This document shows positions 28,033 through 38,347 of a stretch of 64,000 nt of DNA, piece after piece. A program made the translations under genes and the position numbers. A model generated the notes under the pieces. The model was not told the DNA's origin. It saw only the letters and a program-made list of their open reading frames with translations, and did not search any database. Within the stretch, counting starts at the first letter, position 1; each line of letters opens with the position of its first letter. The DNA lies in contig JAIORV010000068.1 of the NCBI GenBank assembly GCA_021107945.1, positions 1,222-65,221 of the forward strand, read 5' to 3'. The DNA comes from Vulcanimicrobiota bacterium. GTDB taxonomy: Bacteria; Vulcanimicrobiota; JAJTBE01.

Positions 28033-29865
28033 TTGAATAAGCATAAATTCATCGGAATTATCGGAGGTCTTTTAATAATGGCAATATTTATAGCTTCAAC
28101 CAATCTGTCGGCGGATGCAGAAAAAATCAAGGGGAAAGATGACAAAAAATCTGAGCCCCTTTATGTCACATTTATATGGAATCAACACCAACCTATGTAC
28201 AAGGATCCATACACCGGCACATACAACCTCCCCTGGGTCAGGCTTCACGGGGTTAAGTCATATTACCCGATGGTCGCATATCTTGATGATTACGAAAATA
28301 TCAAGGGAGTTTTCAACCTGACTCCGTCGCTTCTCGAGCAAATTCTGGATTACAGGAATGGGATGAGAGACAGTTATTTTCTCATCTCGGAAAAGTCGCC
28401 GGAGAAGCTCACAAAAGAAGATAAGGAGTTTATCCTGAAGAACTTTTTTGTATATCCAAAAATGGCAAGAATTGGGAAACAGCCCGCTTTCAAAAGGCTC
28501 CGGCAGTTAAAGGGGAAATCGAAAAAAGGGATGGAGGAACTCACCGATAACGACTGGCGGGACATTCAGCTTCTTCATAACTTCGCATGGATAAACCCCG
28601 TTTTAAGGGACGGTGATAAAAAGCTGATTGCGATAACGGAAAAACCGGGGAATTATACGGAAAAAGAAAAGAAATATGTTCTTGATTATCACATAAAGAT
28701 AATGAACAAAATCATTTCCGCCCATAAAAATATGCAGAAGAAGCACAAGGCGGAAATAATCACAACACCATATTACCACCCGATTTTGCCCCTTCTTATT
28801 GATAATTATGTCGCCCGACGATGTAGGCCGGGAATGAAGCTCCCCAAAACTCATTTTCAACATCCGGAAGACGCTCTGTATCACGTGAAAAAGGCATTGA
28901 AACAGTACAAAGAGCTTTATGGAAGGAACACCACGGGCATGTGGCCGGCGGAACAGGCCGTTAGCCAGGAGATAGTTCCCATTCTTAGCGGCGAGAAGAT
29001 AAAATGGATCGTAACCGACGAATCCATCCTCAGCAAATCCCTGAACAAGAAGCTCCGTGAGGATTCACAAGAAGTTGAGAAAAAGAAACAACAAGATGAG
29101 ATATATGTAACGGGAAACGCAAGCGACAACCTGACTTACCCCGATTTATTATATCGCCCGTGGCAGGTTAATACTCCCAAGGGCGGCCTTGTGGTCTTTT
29201 TCAGGGATCAGTTCCTGTCGGACAAGGTAGGATTCGCATATTCCAACGACGGCGGAGAAAAAGGCGCCAAAGACCTGATAGCTCGACTTGATGGGATAAA
29301 AGCTTCGTTGAAAGGGAAGAAGGGTCCTTTTATCGTTACAATCGCTCTGGATGGCGAAAACTGCTGGGAGAATTATCCCGATGACTCCAGAACCTTTTTT
29401 AAGACACTTTATGGACAGCTTGACAAACGGCAGGATATTGTCCTCACAACCCCCCGTGATTTCCTCGAAATATTGAAAAAAAAGAAGGAGCATATTCCTT
29501 CTCTCAAAACTCTTGCCACCGGGTCGTGGAATGGCGGAAACCTTGATCGCTGGATTGGTTCGCCCTCGAAAAACAAAGCCTGGGATTATCTTTATAAGGT
29601 GAGGGAAGATCTGGTGAAGAACCTGGGGAAAGCAAAGAATGACAAAAAAAGAGATGCCGCGTGGGAGTCCCTATATACTGCTGAGGGGAGCGATTATGCC
29701 TGGTGGTTCGACTCAATGGGCTATTACTCCGCAAAGCATTTTGACGAGCTTTACCGTCTGCATCTTCGAAATGTGTATCTGAATCTCGGAATAAAATCCC
29801 CGGGATATTTGAATAAGATGATCATAAAGAAGAAAAAAGGCGGAAGGATGAAGGTGACGGATTAA
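28033..29865 (+). CDS. secreted glycoside hydrolase family 57-like protein (alpha-glucan-active)
   Basis: 610 aa; TTG start with GGAGGAA SD; signal peptide; FIWNQHQP and TPYYHPILPLLID resemble GH57 conserved regions; assignment by motif memory only. Confidence 0.6.
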   Translation: MNKHKFIGIIGGLLIMAIFIASTNLSADAEKIKGKDDKKSEPLYVTFIWNQHQPMYKDPYTGTYNLPWVRLHGVKSYYPMVAYLDDYENIKGVFNLTPSLLEQILDYRNGMRDSYFLISEKSPEKLTKEDKEFILKNFFVYPKMARIGKQPAFKRLRQLKGKSKKGMEELTDNDWRDIQLLHNFAWINPVLRDGDKKLIAITEKPGNYTEKEKKYVLDYHIKIMNKIISAHKNMQKKHKAEIITTPYYHPILPLLIDNYVARRCRPGMKLPKTHFQHPEDALYHVKKALKQYKELYGRNTTGMWPAEQAVSQEIVPILSGEKIKWIVTDESILSKSLNKKLREDSQEVEKKKQQDEIYVTGNASDNLTYPDLLYRPWQVNTPKGGLVVFFRDQFLSDKVGFAYSNDGGEKGAKDLIARLDGIKASLKGKKGPFIVTIALDGENCWENYPDDSRTFFKTLYGQLDKRQDIVLTTPRDFLEILKKKKEHIPSLKTLATGSWNGGNLDRWIGSPSKNKAWDYLYKVREDLVKNLGKAKNDKKRDAAWESLYTAEGSDYAWWFDSMGYYSAKHFDELYRLHLRNVYLNLGIKSPGYLNKMIIKKKKGGRMKVTD

Positions 29866-29995
29866 GCGAAGTATAGTTTATTCACCGCAGAGAGCGCAGA
29901 GGACAAGTAGAGAAACAAAAGACACCCATATTTTTGGGTGCCTTTTATTTTTTTGAATGGAAATATATTTTATAGACCCGGATTGGTGATTCAGG

Positions 29996-31384
29996 TCACT
30001 GGACCTTGCCATCGGGCTTTTTTTCTAACGGTTTACCTTTGATCTCGGGCAATTTTTCTAACGGTTTACCTTCGCCACCGGGCTTTTTTTCCAACGGTTT
30101 ACCTTTGATCTCGGGCAATTTTTCGAACTGTTTTCCTTCGCCACCGGGCATTTTTTTAAACTGTTTACCTTCGCCACCGGGCATCTTTTCGAACGGTTTT
30201 CCTTCGCCACCGGGCATCTTTTCGAACTGTTTTCCTTTACCACCGGGCATTTTTTCGAACGGCTTTCCTTCCACCGGGGTTGTTAACGGGGGAAGCATCT
30301 GCGTATTACTGCCTGGTGGGGGCATAGAATTACTACCACCTTGATTCATACCTTCTTGTGGCGAAACCATGGGGCGTTTCTGATAGAATTTTATGTCCTT
30401 GATTACGACGCCGGCAACATTTTTCTGCGGTATTTTCCCGGCATGGGCATTCTTCTTTATAACACTAAATAATTGTTGGGCAACGCCCCCCCAATCAGCT
30501 TCAACATTGGCTTTTAAGATACCTCCCTTTATAATAAAAGGTATGGTCATAAGTTCGTCACCAAATGAAACCATGCTGACATCTTTCATATTTAGCTCAT
30601 CAAGAACTTTATAAACATCAAGTTGTGCCACTTCACTCATAACAACAATGCCTTTAACATCCCGGTATTTTTTCAAGATACTCCCAATTTTTTTATATAG
30701 CATACGCTTCTCTTTATTTATAGAAAGCATTCTTCCGGGGTCGAGGCTCAACTTTTCTCCTGCTTTGATTTCACATACCGCTACAAGGTTTAGTTTTTTG
30801 TCTTTCTTTACTATTTTTTTGAAATTCTTTGCCATCTTCTGATTTAATGGAACCTCATCATGGATTACAAGTACCTTCGCCCCCTTGCCAAGCTTTTTTG
30901 CAAGGTAATCCTCCACTGCTTTAGCCAAATTGCTATAATCAACAACTAAAGTATAAGTCGAATTCTTCTGGATGGAGGTTCTGGAAATAACGAAAACGGG
31001 AACATTGACAGACTTAGTAACATTTATGCATTCTTCCATCTGTTCTGGCGGTAAATCAACCAGACAAATGGCATCGATACCTATATCGACGAGCTGATGG
31101 ATAATTCTCCCGGAACCCATACCCCCTTCTTTTCCCAGGTATATATCAATAATCGCTACATCGGCGTTACTCAATGCAAAATCGCTTATCCTATTCTTTA
31201 AAGTCTGAGGGGAATCAAACGAATAGATCATGGCCACCTTTACTTTCCCCTGCTTAGAAGTGGGGTCCGAAGTTGATTTTTTTGGATCGGTAACATTCCC
31301 TTTCTGTGGTTGACATGAAGTTAAAACCAAAATGAAAAATACTGCCAGTATGACGCAAATAGAAGTTGAATGCCTCTTAAACAC
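29996..31384 (-). CDS. lipoprotein with periplasmic-binding-protein-like (sugar-binding/LacI-type) domain and C-terminal 12-aa tandem repeats (GKPFEKMPGGEG)x~9
   Basis: 462 aa; lipobox LTSC; PBP-like core; 36-bp DNA tandem repeats at 30000-30295. Confidence 0.65.
   Translation of the reverse strand: MFKRHSTSICVILAVFFILVLTSCQPQKGNVTDPKKSTSDPTSKQGKVKVAMIYSFDSPQTLKNRISDFALSNADVAIIDIYLGKEGGMGSGRIIHQLVDIGIDAICLVDLPPEQMEECINVTKSVNVPVFVISRTSIQKNSTYTLVVDYSNLAKAVEDYLAKKLGKGAKVLVIHDEVPLNQKMAKNFKKIVKKDKKLNLVAVCEIKAGEKLSLDPGRMLSINKEKRMLYKKIGSILKKYRDVKGIVVMSEVAQLDVYKVLDELNMKDVSMVSFGDELMTIPFIIKGGILKANVEADWGGVAQQLFSVIKKNAHAGKIPQKNVAGVVIKDIKFYQKRPMVSPQEGMNQGGSNSMPPPGSNTQMLPPLTTPVEGKPFEKMPGGKGKQFEKMPGGEGKPFEKMPGGEGKQFKKMPGGEGKQFEKLPEIKGKPLEKKPGGEGKPLEKLPEIKGKPLEKKPDGKVQ
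30000..30295. repeat. intragenic 36-bp tandem repeat (~8-9 copies) encoding a GKPFEKMPGGEG-type repeat
   Basis: ggtttacctttgatctcgggcaatttttctaac / ggtttaccttcgccaccgggctttttttccaac ... periodic 36-mers with point variants. Confidence 0.85.
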
Positions 31385-31570
31385 TGATATACCTCCTATA
31401 TAAAAATAAAGTATTGCTCTTGAAATGCTTGGGGTGCTCTTGAAATATTTAGACTGCTGATATATAATAATATTACAGCATGATTTACTCTATTTGTCAA
31501 GTGAAAGACACCTTCTTACAGTGAGGTAGACGGGGCTATTCACTGGCGGATTGGTTATCGTTTTTTATAT

Positions 31571-34144
31571 ATGGGGTGTAGCTTGAACAAACAAATAAAC
31601 AAAGCGGTTAGAGCCGAAGGAATTGCGGAAAAGACAAAAACTGTCTTTAAGAAAGTGCTTCGCGAGTTCAGGCCTTTTCATTCCTTATTTTCTATTGTGC
31701 TTTATGCAATTTTTGCATTAATCTATACTTTTCCGCTTATCCTTAATATGAACACCGTCGTCGTAGGGAATAAATACGGGGAGATGTGGAGTCATCTGTG
31801 GGGATTTGAATGGGTGAAAACTCAATATTTTGCGACCGGTACTTTTCCCCTGCAAACAACATATCTGAATTATCCTTACGGTGGAAGTCTTTTTTTTATT
31901 GATCCCATTGGGGCATTGTTCTCCATACCCCTGCAAATGGTGATGTCTGTTCAGGCGGCATATAACACACTAATTCTTCTCAATCTTGTATTTGGAGCGT
32001 ATGCGGCATACTTGCTTGCAAATTATATCCTGAAAAGCAGGGCATCTGCATTTTACTCCGGTGTTGTATTTTCATTTTCTTCGTTTATACTTTCATACAT
32101 ATCCACGGGAACTTCGGAAATTTTCAACATTGGATGGATACCCCTTTTTATATATTTCTTTATGAGAAGCCTGTTTGAAAACAGCTACAAGTATGCGTTC
32201 TACTGCGGCGTGTCCCTCTTTATGACAGTTTTTGTAAATTTCTATTATGCTATGTTTAGCGCTCTTTTTGCAAGTTTTATATTTTTCTACTTTTTATATG
32301 AAAGGTTAAAGAAGAATGACCTTGTCGGCGGTAATACACTCAAAATAAATTACCACTTTTCCAGAATTCTCTATTCTATAAAAAAAAGAATCAAAGGATT
32401 CATTCTCTCAAAGAGAAAACCTCGAATCTCTTTGACTGTCCAATCCGAGCAAAATAGTTCTTTGAATGTTAAGAAATCTCACAAATCAGGACATATACAT
32501 AAAACAAGGGAATTGTTATCAGGTTTTATTGATCGATTCTACAAAAGCACGGAAGAAATTCACATTAAAACAAGAAAGCTTATCCCTGTCGTTTTATTCA
32601 TTATCTGCCTTGTGGGGTTATTTATATTATATCTGTTATTACCAACCGCCTCATTTTCGCTGATATTACCGCTTGGCGTCATATCCTCTTTTATGCTGGT
32701 AGCCGGCTTTGCGTTTACCTTGATGGAATTAAAATACAAGAGAAAGTCGGAAGCGGACGGTGGCTTCAAAGAAAAGATATCCACAATTGCAGGTTTTGCA
32801 ATCCAATCTGCCCCTGCACTATTAGCGATTCTATCATTCATTAACATTCTCTGCCTGATTCGATTCTACCCATACATGAGTGGTTATTATTCAGCTAATT
32901 TCCTCTTCATAAATTTCGCGATTTCATTCCTTTTGCTTGCCGGCTTATGGACTTATTTAGTTTACATCCAATCTAATCTGCACAATAATGCCGATAGAAT
33001 TATCAAAACCAAAGCTTACAAGGAAAGTGAGAAAACTATTGGTAGGTTGAAAGTCTTCGCCGGAGAAATCACAAGAAAAACGATCCCGCTTATGATTTTT
33101 ATCGGACTTATCGCTCTTATTTTTGTTCTTCCTTACCTATACGTATTTAATGCTTCGCTGAAGGCTCACGATTCAATCATTCTAAGAACTTCCCTGAAAA
33201 GTGTCCTCCCAAAGCAACTTATGAATGAAATCCTTATGGGGGATAATTCGACTCCCCTTCTGGATTATGTCCAAATTGGGAAGAGGAATCTACTTAGAAG
33301 GTACTATGCTCATTTCTACAACCTCATAACAAGTTCATCATATATCGGAATTCTCACCCTGTTTTTCTGCCTTTATGCATTTATTAGAGGAAGACGACAA
33401 AGGTTCTTCTGGCTCTGGGCCGTATGTGGATTTCTATTCCTCATATTGTCAATGGGACCGTTTTTCAGCATAACAAGGGAAATAAATATGAAGAAACCTT
33501 TCTTTTTGTATATGTTTTTCTATTACTTCTTTCCATTCTTTCACAGAATAACAATACCAACACGTCTCACCCTTTGCACCTTGCTCAGTCTCGGAATTTT
33601 GTCCGGCTTTGGAATCAAATATTTGACTCGGGGTCTGTCCAACATCGGCAGAAATATTTCGGTGATTATCTTTTCGCTCTTTGCCTTGATTGAAATTATG
33701 CTCCTCTCACCTGCTCCATTTCCCGTTGAATTATGCAAGCTGGACGTTCCTCCATTTTACCGGCAAATCGCAGAAGACAAAGAATTTTATGGGATTATTG
33801 AATCTCCAATCAAGAAATTCAAGGGAGGATTATATTATCAATTAATTCATAAAAAGGGAATTATTCTGTCCGTAAGTGATACCACCCCCAAGATCCTTCA
33901 AAAGAATCTCTTCTTATTATATCTATACAATATCGAAGGTGGATTGCCCGCACCTCCGGATGTTTTTTCTGAAAAGAGACTTAGAAAATCATTCCATGAA
34001 TTGCAAAAACTTCGTGTAAAATATATTGTGGTACACAACACCTACCTCGGAAACCGGGCGGAAGTTGTCAATACATATTTACACTATTTTGCAGGAGAAC
34101 CCATTATATCCGGGCAAGGCGTCTTCATTTACCGTATATATTGA
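31571..34144 (+). CDS. large polytopic membrane protein (YfhO/GT-C-like, >15 predicted TM helices)
   Basis: 857 aa, highly hydrophobic with periodic TM segments; no soluble catalytic motif recognised; start uncertain. Confidence 0.55.
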   Translation: MGCSLNKQINKAVRAEGIAEKTKTVFKKVLREFRPFHSLFSIVLYAIFALIYTFPLILNMNTVVVGNKYGEMWSHLWGFEWVKTQYFATGTFPLQTTYLNYPYGGSLFFIDPIGALFSIPLQMVMSVQAAYNTLILLNLVFGAYAAYLLANYILKSRASAFYSGVVFSFSSFILSYISTGTSEIFNIGWIPLFIYFFMRSLFENSYKYAFYCGVSLFMTVFVNFYYAMFSALFASFIFFYFLYERLKKNDLVGGNTLKINYHFSRILYSIKKRIKGFILSKRKPRISLTVQSEQNSSLNVKKSHKSGHIHKTRELLSGFIDRFYKSTEEIHIKTRKLIPVVLFIICLVGLFILYLLLPTASFSLILPLGVISSFMLVAGFAFTLMELKYKRKSEADGGFKEKISTIAGFAIQSAPALLAILSFINILCLIRFYPYMSGYYSANFLFINFAISFLLLAGLWTYLVYIQSNLHNNADRIIKTKAYKESEKTIGRLKVFAGEITRKTIPLMIFIGLIALIFVLPYLYVFNASLKAHDSIILRTSLKSVLPKQLMNEILMGDNSTPLLDYVQIGKRNLLRRYYAHFYNLITSSSYIGILTLFFCLYAFIRGRRQRFFWLWAVCGFLFLILSMGPFFSITREINMKKPFFLYMFFYYFFPFFHRITIPTRLTLCTLLSLGILSGFGIKYLTRGLSNIGRNISVIIFSLFALIEIMLLSPAPFPVELCKLDVPPFYRQIAEDKEFYGIIESPIKKFKGGLYYQLIHKKGIILSVSDTTPKILQKNLFLLYLYNIEGGLPAPPDVFSEKRLRKSFHELQKLRVKYIVVHNTYLGNRAEVVNTYLHYFAGEPIISGQGVFIYRIY

Positions 34145-34172
34145 ACAATACAATTGAGGAAGGAATACTATC

Positions 34173-35303
34173 GTGCAACGAATTTATGAGACAATCAGAT
34201 TTGCTGTTAAAGAAATGCAATCTATAATCAGCCGCACGTATCTGAGCGCACGGTCTTTTCTGTTAAAGACTACAAATAGATTCTTTCCCGGGCAAAGTAA
34301 AATCGTGTTTGCCCTCATCCTGATTCTGATTTTATTACAAATTTATCTCATAGCCATAAGAAATCCGGCAAAAATGGTATCAGATGAATTGGAGCAATGT
34401 GAAATTGTCTATCAGGGATTCAGGAAGATTGACGCGGCAATCACTCTTTACCCCAAGATGACATTCAATAACAGGGAAGAAAGAATCGAATTAGAGCGCA
34501 GGATTCCCCTGGCGAGGATTTCAGATAAAATGCACCCCGGTTTTTCCGGGAATTATAATTCAGCCCAACCATCTGAGAAACCACATATGGAAATTAATAA
34601 TAGGTTCGATTTAGCCGACAGTGGCAAAGACCTGTCAGCTTCTTTGCTTTGCTCCCTGGATAAATCAAGATATAGTTTGGAGTCAATTCTTAAAGATCTG
34701 GGGTGTCTTTCATATTTTGTCGAGATACTGCGAAAATCCGACAATCTTTCTCTCACCCCTGAACAGAGCGAAAAATTTAAAAAGATCACAAAGATTCAAA
34801 GAACAATAACTGAAAATGTCCCGGTTATTCGAAATGTTATCATGCAAACACTCTGGGAGCGTCAGTTGAAACAGATTTACATCTATATGAGCACAGAAGG
34901 AATTGTCGAGGATAAATCTACTCTTCCACCAATTGAAGAATCTATGAAAATTGCACTCGAATCAATACAAAATCCAGAAGCCTACCGTAAGACCACTCAG
35001 GGCAGAAAACGTGACGGAAAGGCTTTGGATGGGCTTAATAAAAAAATACTTTCGAACAAATATAACCTTCATAGATGGAAAACATCCGAGTTGGTCTGGG
35101 GAATAACAAAACTCCAGAAGAAACCTAAACAGAGCCTTAATCAAGTACAGGCAAAAACCATTGAATCTATCCTGAAAGAATTGGAGGTTCTTTCATCTAA
35201 AACCAATGAGGTCAATTCACTCAGGAAGGGGCTCTTCACAGTACAGCAAAAGCGATACCTGAAGAAATACATTATCGACAACATATCGGCCAAAAAGAAT
35301 TGA
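34173..35303 (+). CDS. hypothetical protein with one N-proximal TM helix
   Basis: 376 aa; GTG start with GAGGAAGGAA SD; TM IVFALILILILLQIYLIAI. Confidence 0.5.
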   Translation: MQRIYETIRFAVKEMQSIISRTYLSARSFLLKTTNRFFPGQSKIVFALILILILLQIYLIAIRNPAKMVSDELEQCEIVYQGFRKIDAAITLYPKMTFNNREERIELERRIPLARISDKMHPGFSGNYNSAQPSEKPHMEINNRFDLADSGKDLSASLLCSLDKSRYSLESILKDLGCLSYFVEILRKSDNLSLTPEQSEKFKKITKIQRTITENVPVIRNVIMQTLWERQLKQIYIYMSTEGIVEDKSTLPPIEESMKIALESIQNPEAYRKTTQGRKRDGKALDGLNKKILSNKYNLHRWKTSELVWGITKLQKKPKQSLNQVQAKTIESILKELEVLSSKTNEVNSLRKGLFTVQQKRYLKKYIIDNISAKKN

Positions 35304-35424
35304 GGAATCAAGAGTGGAGTAAGGAGAAGAGACTATCGAACAAGTGGTTTTTCACCGCAGAGATCGTGGAGTTCGCAGAGGATAACCGGAATTTTGAGGT
35401 TTTTCGATACCCTCAGAAGAGGGT

Positions 35425-35520
35425 TCAAATTTCCATCTTCCATCTTCCATCTTCTATCTTCTATCTTCCATCTTCTATCTTCTATCTTCTATCTTCTTTC
35501 TTCCATCTTCTATCTTCCCA
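35425..35520. repeat. heptamer microsatellite (ATCTTCY)n, ~13 copies
   Basis: catcttccatcttctatcttctatcttccatcttctatcttctatcttctatcttctttcttccatcttctatcttccc; related to GGAAGATGGA modules in the composite repeats. Confidence 0.85.
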
Positions 35521-37126
35521 CTTTTATCGGTATGTTTATCTCGAATAGCCTGTGAAACGGGAAAGAGATGGGACCGATCCGGATTATTGCTTTCTTTTCA
35601 TATTTATTGCCGGGAATGTTTGCCGTGAACTGAAATACAATTCGCTCTCCCGGCGTTTTACCTATTTCACCGGGATCGAGGGGGATATAGTTTATTTTGC
35701 CGGAGCCCGGAATATTGCTTGCCCCACTTTCCGCTCCGGGTTCTCCTTCTTTTAAAACCCTATATTTAATCCCCAGATCATTTAAATTCTCCATAATTTT
35801 TTTGTTTGTAAGATCAAGAGCTTTTTTCTCTTCGTCAATACTCATCCTGTGATAGCTATATGCAGGTATCCCTGTCTTTCCCGGAAGTTTGAGGTGGATC
35901 CCGTCAAGGTATATAAAGTCCGTTATCATTCTCTCGTATAAAAATGCAATTTTCTCCTTGTTCGCTTTCCTGTCGGGGCAATACAGGGAGGCGCATCCTT
36001 CGCAAAGCGCAGTGCCGAGGGTGTTTGTGCCCATTCCCCAGTTTGCATAACCGGAAAGCCTGTTGAACATTCCTCTTTTGTACAATGCCCTGAAGAATTC
36101 CGCCTGCTGCTTGCGATTCGACAGGTCTCCCACCGTGACAGGCTTTTCTTTTAGCAGATTTTCTATTCTGTCTAAAAAATCATCAATCGATTTTTCCCCT
36201 GACAGGTGATTCACTGCAAGAATAAGGTCGGCTTTTTCAGGTTCATAGACAACATCCGCGCCGATTGAATCGACCATATCCAGAGCGACGGACATTATGG
36301 GGGTTGCACTGTAATGATCAATCTTCATCCTGGATGAGGTTATATCCCGATATTCGATATAGACTTTCAGTCTTTTTTTCCTTTTCTCATTCAGGAACCG
36401 GGTAAAAAGAACCATCGCCGATTCATCAATTCCAAGGCGGATCCTGTCAACATCCGAGATGAGGACTTTTTTTCCGATGCCGGCTCTCTTAATATAATCC
36501 TTCATCTTCACGATTTCCCTGACCTGATTGGATATATCTGTAACATCGTCGCCGGAGACGCTGAGGAAGTCTATGACGCCCTCCTTCACATATTCCAGCA
36601 ACTTCATGTTTGCGGACATATTACGTTGCCTGTGCTGAGCTTCTTTCCGGGGGATGCTTGTGAACACTAGGATTTTGAGTTGAGGGTATTTTTTTCTTAT
36701 TATCTTGATGAGGGCTACTGAGTTTAAAGCCTGCCTCGTTGAAACTGAGCTTTTTCTTGATTCCAGAAGTCCTCCATAGATGAGGGAATCGGCGGATATA
36801 ATCAGTAGCTTACAATCATCGTCAAGGTTGTGTTTGAGCCAGAACCAGACATTCCATTGCTTTTTGAATGCGTCCTCATATTTGCTGATGTTTCCCATAA
36901 TCTCACGGGGAGGCACGACGGGATCCCATCCGCATATTTTCGCGATATATTGAACATATTCATATGTCTGATTTCGGCTGTCCAGTGGGATTATTACAAC
37001 CTTTTTGGAATTGGATTGAGCCGGGAAAGAGGATGTCGTCAGAAATGAAATTAATATGAGTGTGAAAAAGAATATTAAAAAGACACGCTTTGTTCGGAAT
37101 ATTGAATTATTATTTGTTTTATTCAT
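35510..37126 (-). CDS. secreted hypothetical protein (possibly DUF4127-like)
   Basis: Track ORF runs to 37237, but the first 37 codons overlie the three-hairpin repeat element 37172-37300. The internal Met (MNKTNNNSIFRTKRVFLIFFFTLILISFL, signal peptide) is the likely start; no strong SD, so the start is uncertain. Confidence 0.55.
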   Translation of the reverse strand: MNKTNNNSIFRTKRVFLIFFFTLILISFLTTSSFPAQSNSKKVVIIPLDSRNQTYEYVQYIAKICGWDPVVPPREIMGNISKYEDAFKKQWNVWFWLKHNLDDDCKLLIISADSLIYGGLLESRKSSVSTRQALNSVALIKIIRKKYPQLKILVFTSIPRKEAQHRQRNMSANMKLLEYVKEGVIDFLSVSGDDVTDISNQVREIVKMKDYIKRAGIGKKVLISDVDRIRLGIDESAMVLFTRFLNEKRKKRLKVYIEYRDITSSRMKIDHYSATPIMSVALDMVDSIGADVVYEPEKADLILAVNHLSGEKSIDDFLDRIENLLKEKPVTVGDLSNRKQQAEFFRALYKRGMFNRLSGYANWGMGTNTLGTALCEGCASLYCPDRKANKEKIAFLYERMITDFIYLDGIHLKLPGKTGIPAYSYHRMSIDEEKKALDLTNKKIMENLNDLGIKYRVLKEGEPGAESGASNIPGSGKINYIPLDPGEIGKTPGERIVFQFTANIPGNKYEKKAIIRIGPISFPFHRLFEINIPIKVGR

Positions 37127-37171
37127 AAGATACAGTCCTGGTGTAATCTGTAATCCGCCCTCCGTTTTCCT

Positions 37172-37300
37172 TCCCGGAAAGACGCTGAAGCGTCTAAAGG
37201 TTTGTATGATAGGCGCGGGGAGTGGGATTCCTTCCATCCCCCCGGATAAATCCGGGGGTTAATCTAATGAGAGGTTTAAAAACCTCTGACCCCGACCTGA
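37172..37300 (+). repeat. ~120-nt three-hairpin element, copy 1 (GACGCTGAAGCGTC / CCCCGGATAAATCCGGGG / GAGGTTTAAAAACCTC)
   Basis: Near-identical core to 53427-53545: ccccggataaatccgggggttaatct[a/c]atg[a/g]gaggtttaaaaacctc. Confidence 0.75.
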
Positions 37301-37357
37301 GAGTATCGAAAAACCTCAAAATATCTTTTATTGGTGGTCAGTATTTAACCGGTAGAG

Positions 37358-37492
37358 ATCACAGAGGACACAGAGGACACAGAGATATTAATATTTCCCC
37401 CCCGATTATCTTCCGCGAACTCTGCGTTAAAAAAACACTTCCGCCTTCCGTCACCATTATCGGGACGGGGACGTCCCTCCTACAGTTCTGAC
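37358..37492 (+). repeat. composite repeat: heptads (CACAGAG-GA)x3, CTCTGCGTTAAAAAAA, palindrome module ATTATCGGGACGGGGACGTCCCTCCTACAG
   Basis: Read directly. Confidence 0.8.
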
Positions 37493-37613
37493 CTCCGACC
37501 TCCGGCATCCGTGTCTGTTATCCTTTTCCTCATTTCCTAATTTCCTTAGAGGTAGAATTCCTCATCTCCTTATCTTCCTGTATTCCTTATCCCGGATCCC
37601 GGCCTCCGTTTTC

Positions 37614-38240
37614 CTAGTATTTAAACTCCTCTTCCTCTTGTCTCTTTTTATCCTCTTTTTCTCTCCTGTAGATGAAAAGGAATGCGATAGCTCCCAGGAT
37701 AATAACGATTATGAGAACCGCCAGTCCGACTACATATATGAACGGCAGTACAGTTGATTCCGCCATGAATTCCCTGCTCGAAAACGGACTTTCCCATTTT
37801 GAGTAGTTGCAGTAACTATAATCGGCGTTAGTTTTCGTGATCCATCCCGGCATAATCGCTTCTATCTTGCGTGTCTCCACATTATGCGGGAAACGGTTTT
37901 GGTGGCGGAAGACCCATTTTCCGCTGATTTTCTTCAGTGAAAAATTGTCCTTTTGCAGGAGCTTTCTTTTTATAATCATGCACTTCTGATTTCCTGATCT
38001 CTCCTGCGTAATCTCGGCGTTCCTGTATTCCGATTTCAATTTCTCCATTGCGCTGTTAAAGTCTTTTTTGGCATCCTCATTGGCAGGGAAAACCCTGTAT
38101 GTCTCCAGCGATCCACCGTCATCATAAAAAATATACTTGATATTAACATACCATTTCCCCTGCTTGCATGAAGACAAAGTAAACAGCAGTAATAATATCA
38201 CAGGAAAAATCAATAACTTGTTTACATGTACCTTCCTCAA
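37614..38240 (-). CDS. hypothetical lipoprotein with C-terminal TM anchor and charged tail
   Basis: 208 aa; lipobox LSSC; C-terminal TM LPFIYVVGLAVLIIVIILGAIAFLFIY. Confidence 0.5.
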   Translation of the reverse strand: MRKVHVNKLLIFPVILLLLFTLSSCKQGKWYVNIKYIFYDDGGSLETYRVFPANEDAKKDFNSAMEKLKSEYRNAEITQERSGNQKCMIIKRKLLQKDNFSLKKISGKWVFRHQNRFPHNVETRKIEAIMPGWITKTNADYSYCNYSKWESPFSSREFMAESTVLPFIYVVGLAVLIIVIILGAIAFLFIYRREKEDKKRQEEEEFKY

Positions 38241-38276
38241 GACATATAATCCCTTCGTAATTATTCAGACCCATCA

Positions 38277-38333
38277 CTGTAGGAGAGGCTTCCAGCCTCG
38301 ATTTTCGTGGCAAGATGCCACTCCTACAACTGA
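38277..38333. ncRNA. ~57-nt structured element (outer stem TGTAGGAG/CTCCTACA enclosing hairpins GAGGCT-TCC-AGCCTC and GTGGCA-AGA-TGCCAC), copy 1
   Basis: A second copy at 57283-57337 carries compensatory substitutions in two stems; a degenerate third copy lies at ~43100-43133. Confidence 0.45.
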
Positions 38334-38347
38334 ATATTTTAAAATAA

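Noticed and set aside
35300-35548. 82-aa ORF (SSIFYLPSSIFYLLSSFF...)
   Set aside because: It is a translation of the (ATCTTCY)n heptamer microsatellite.
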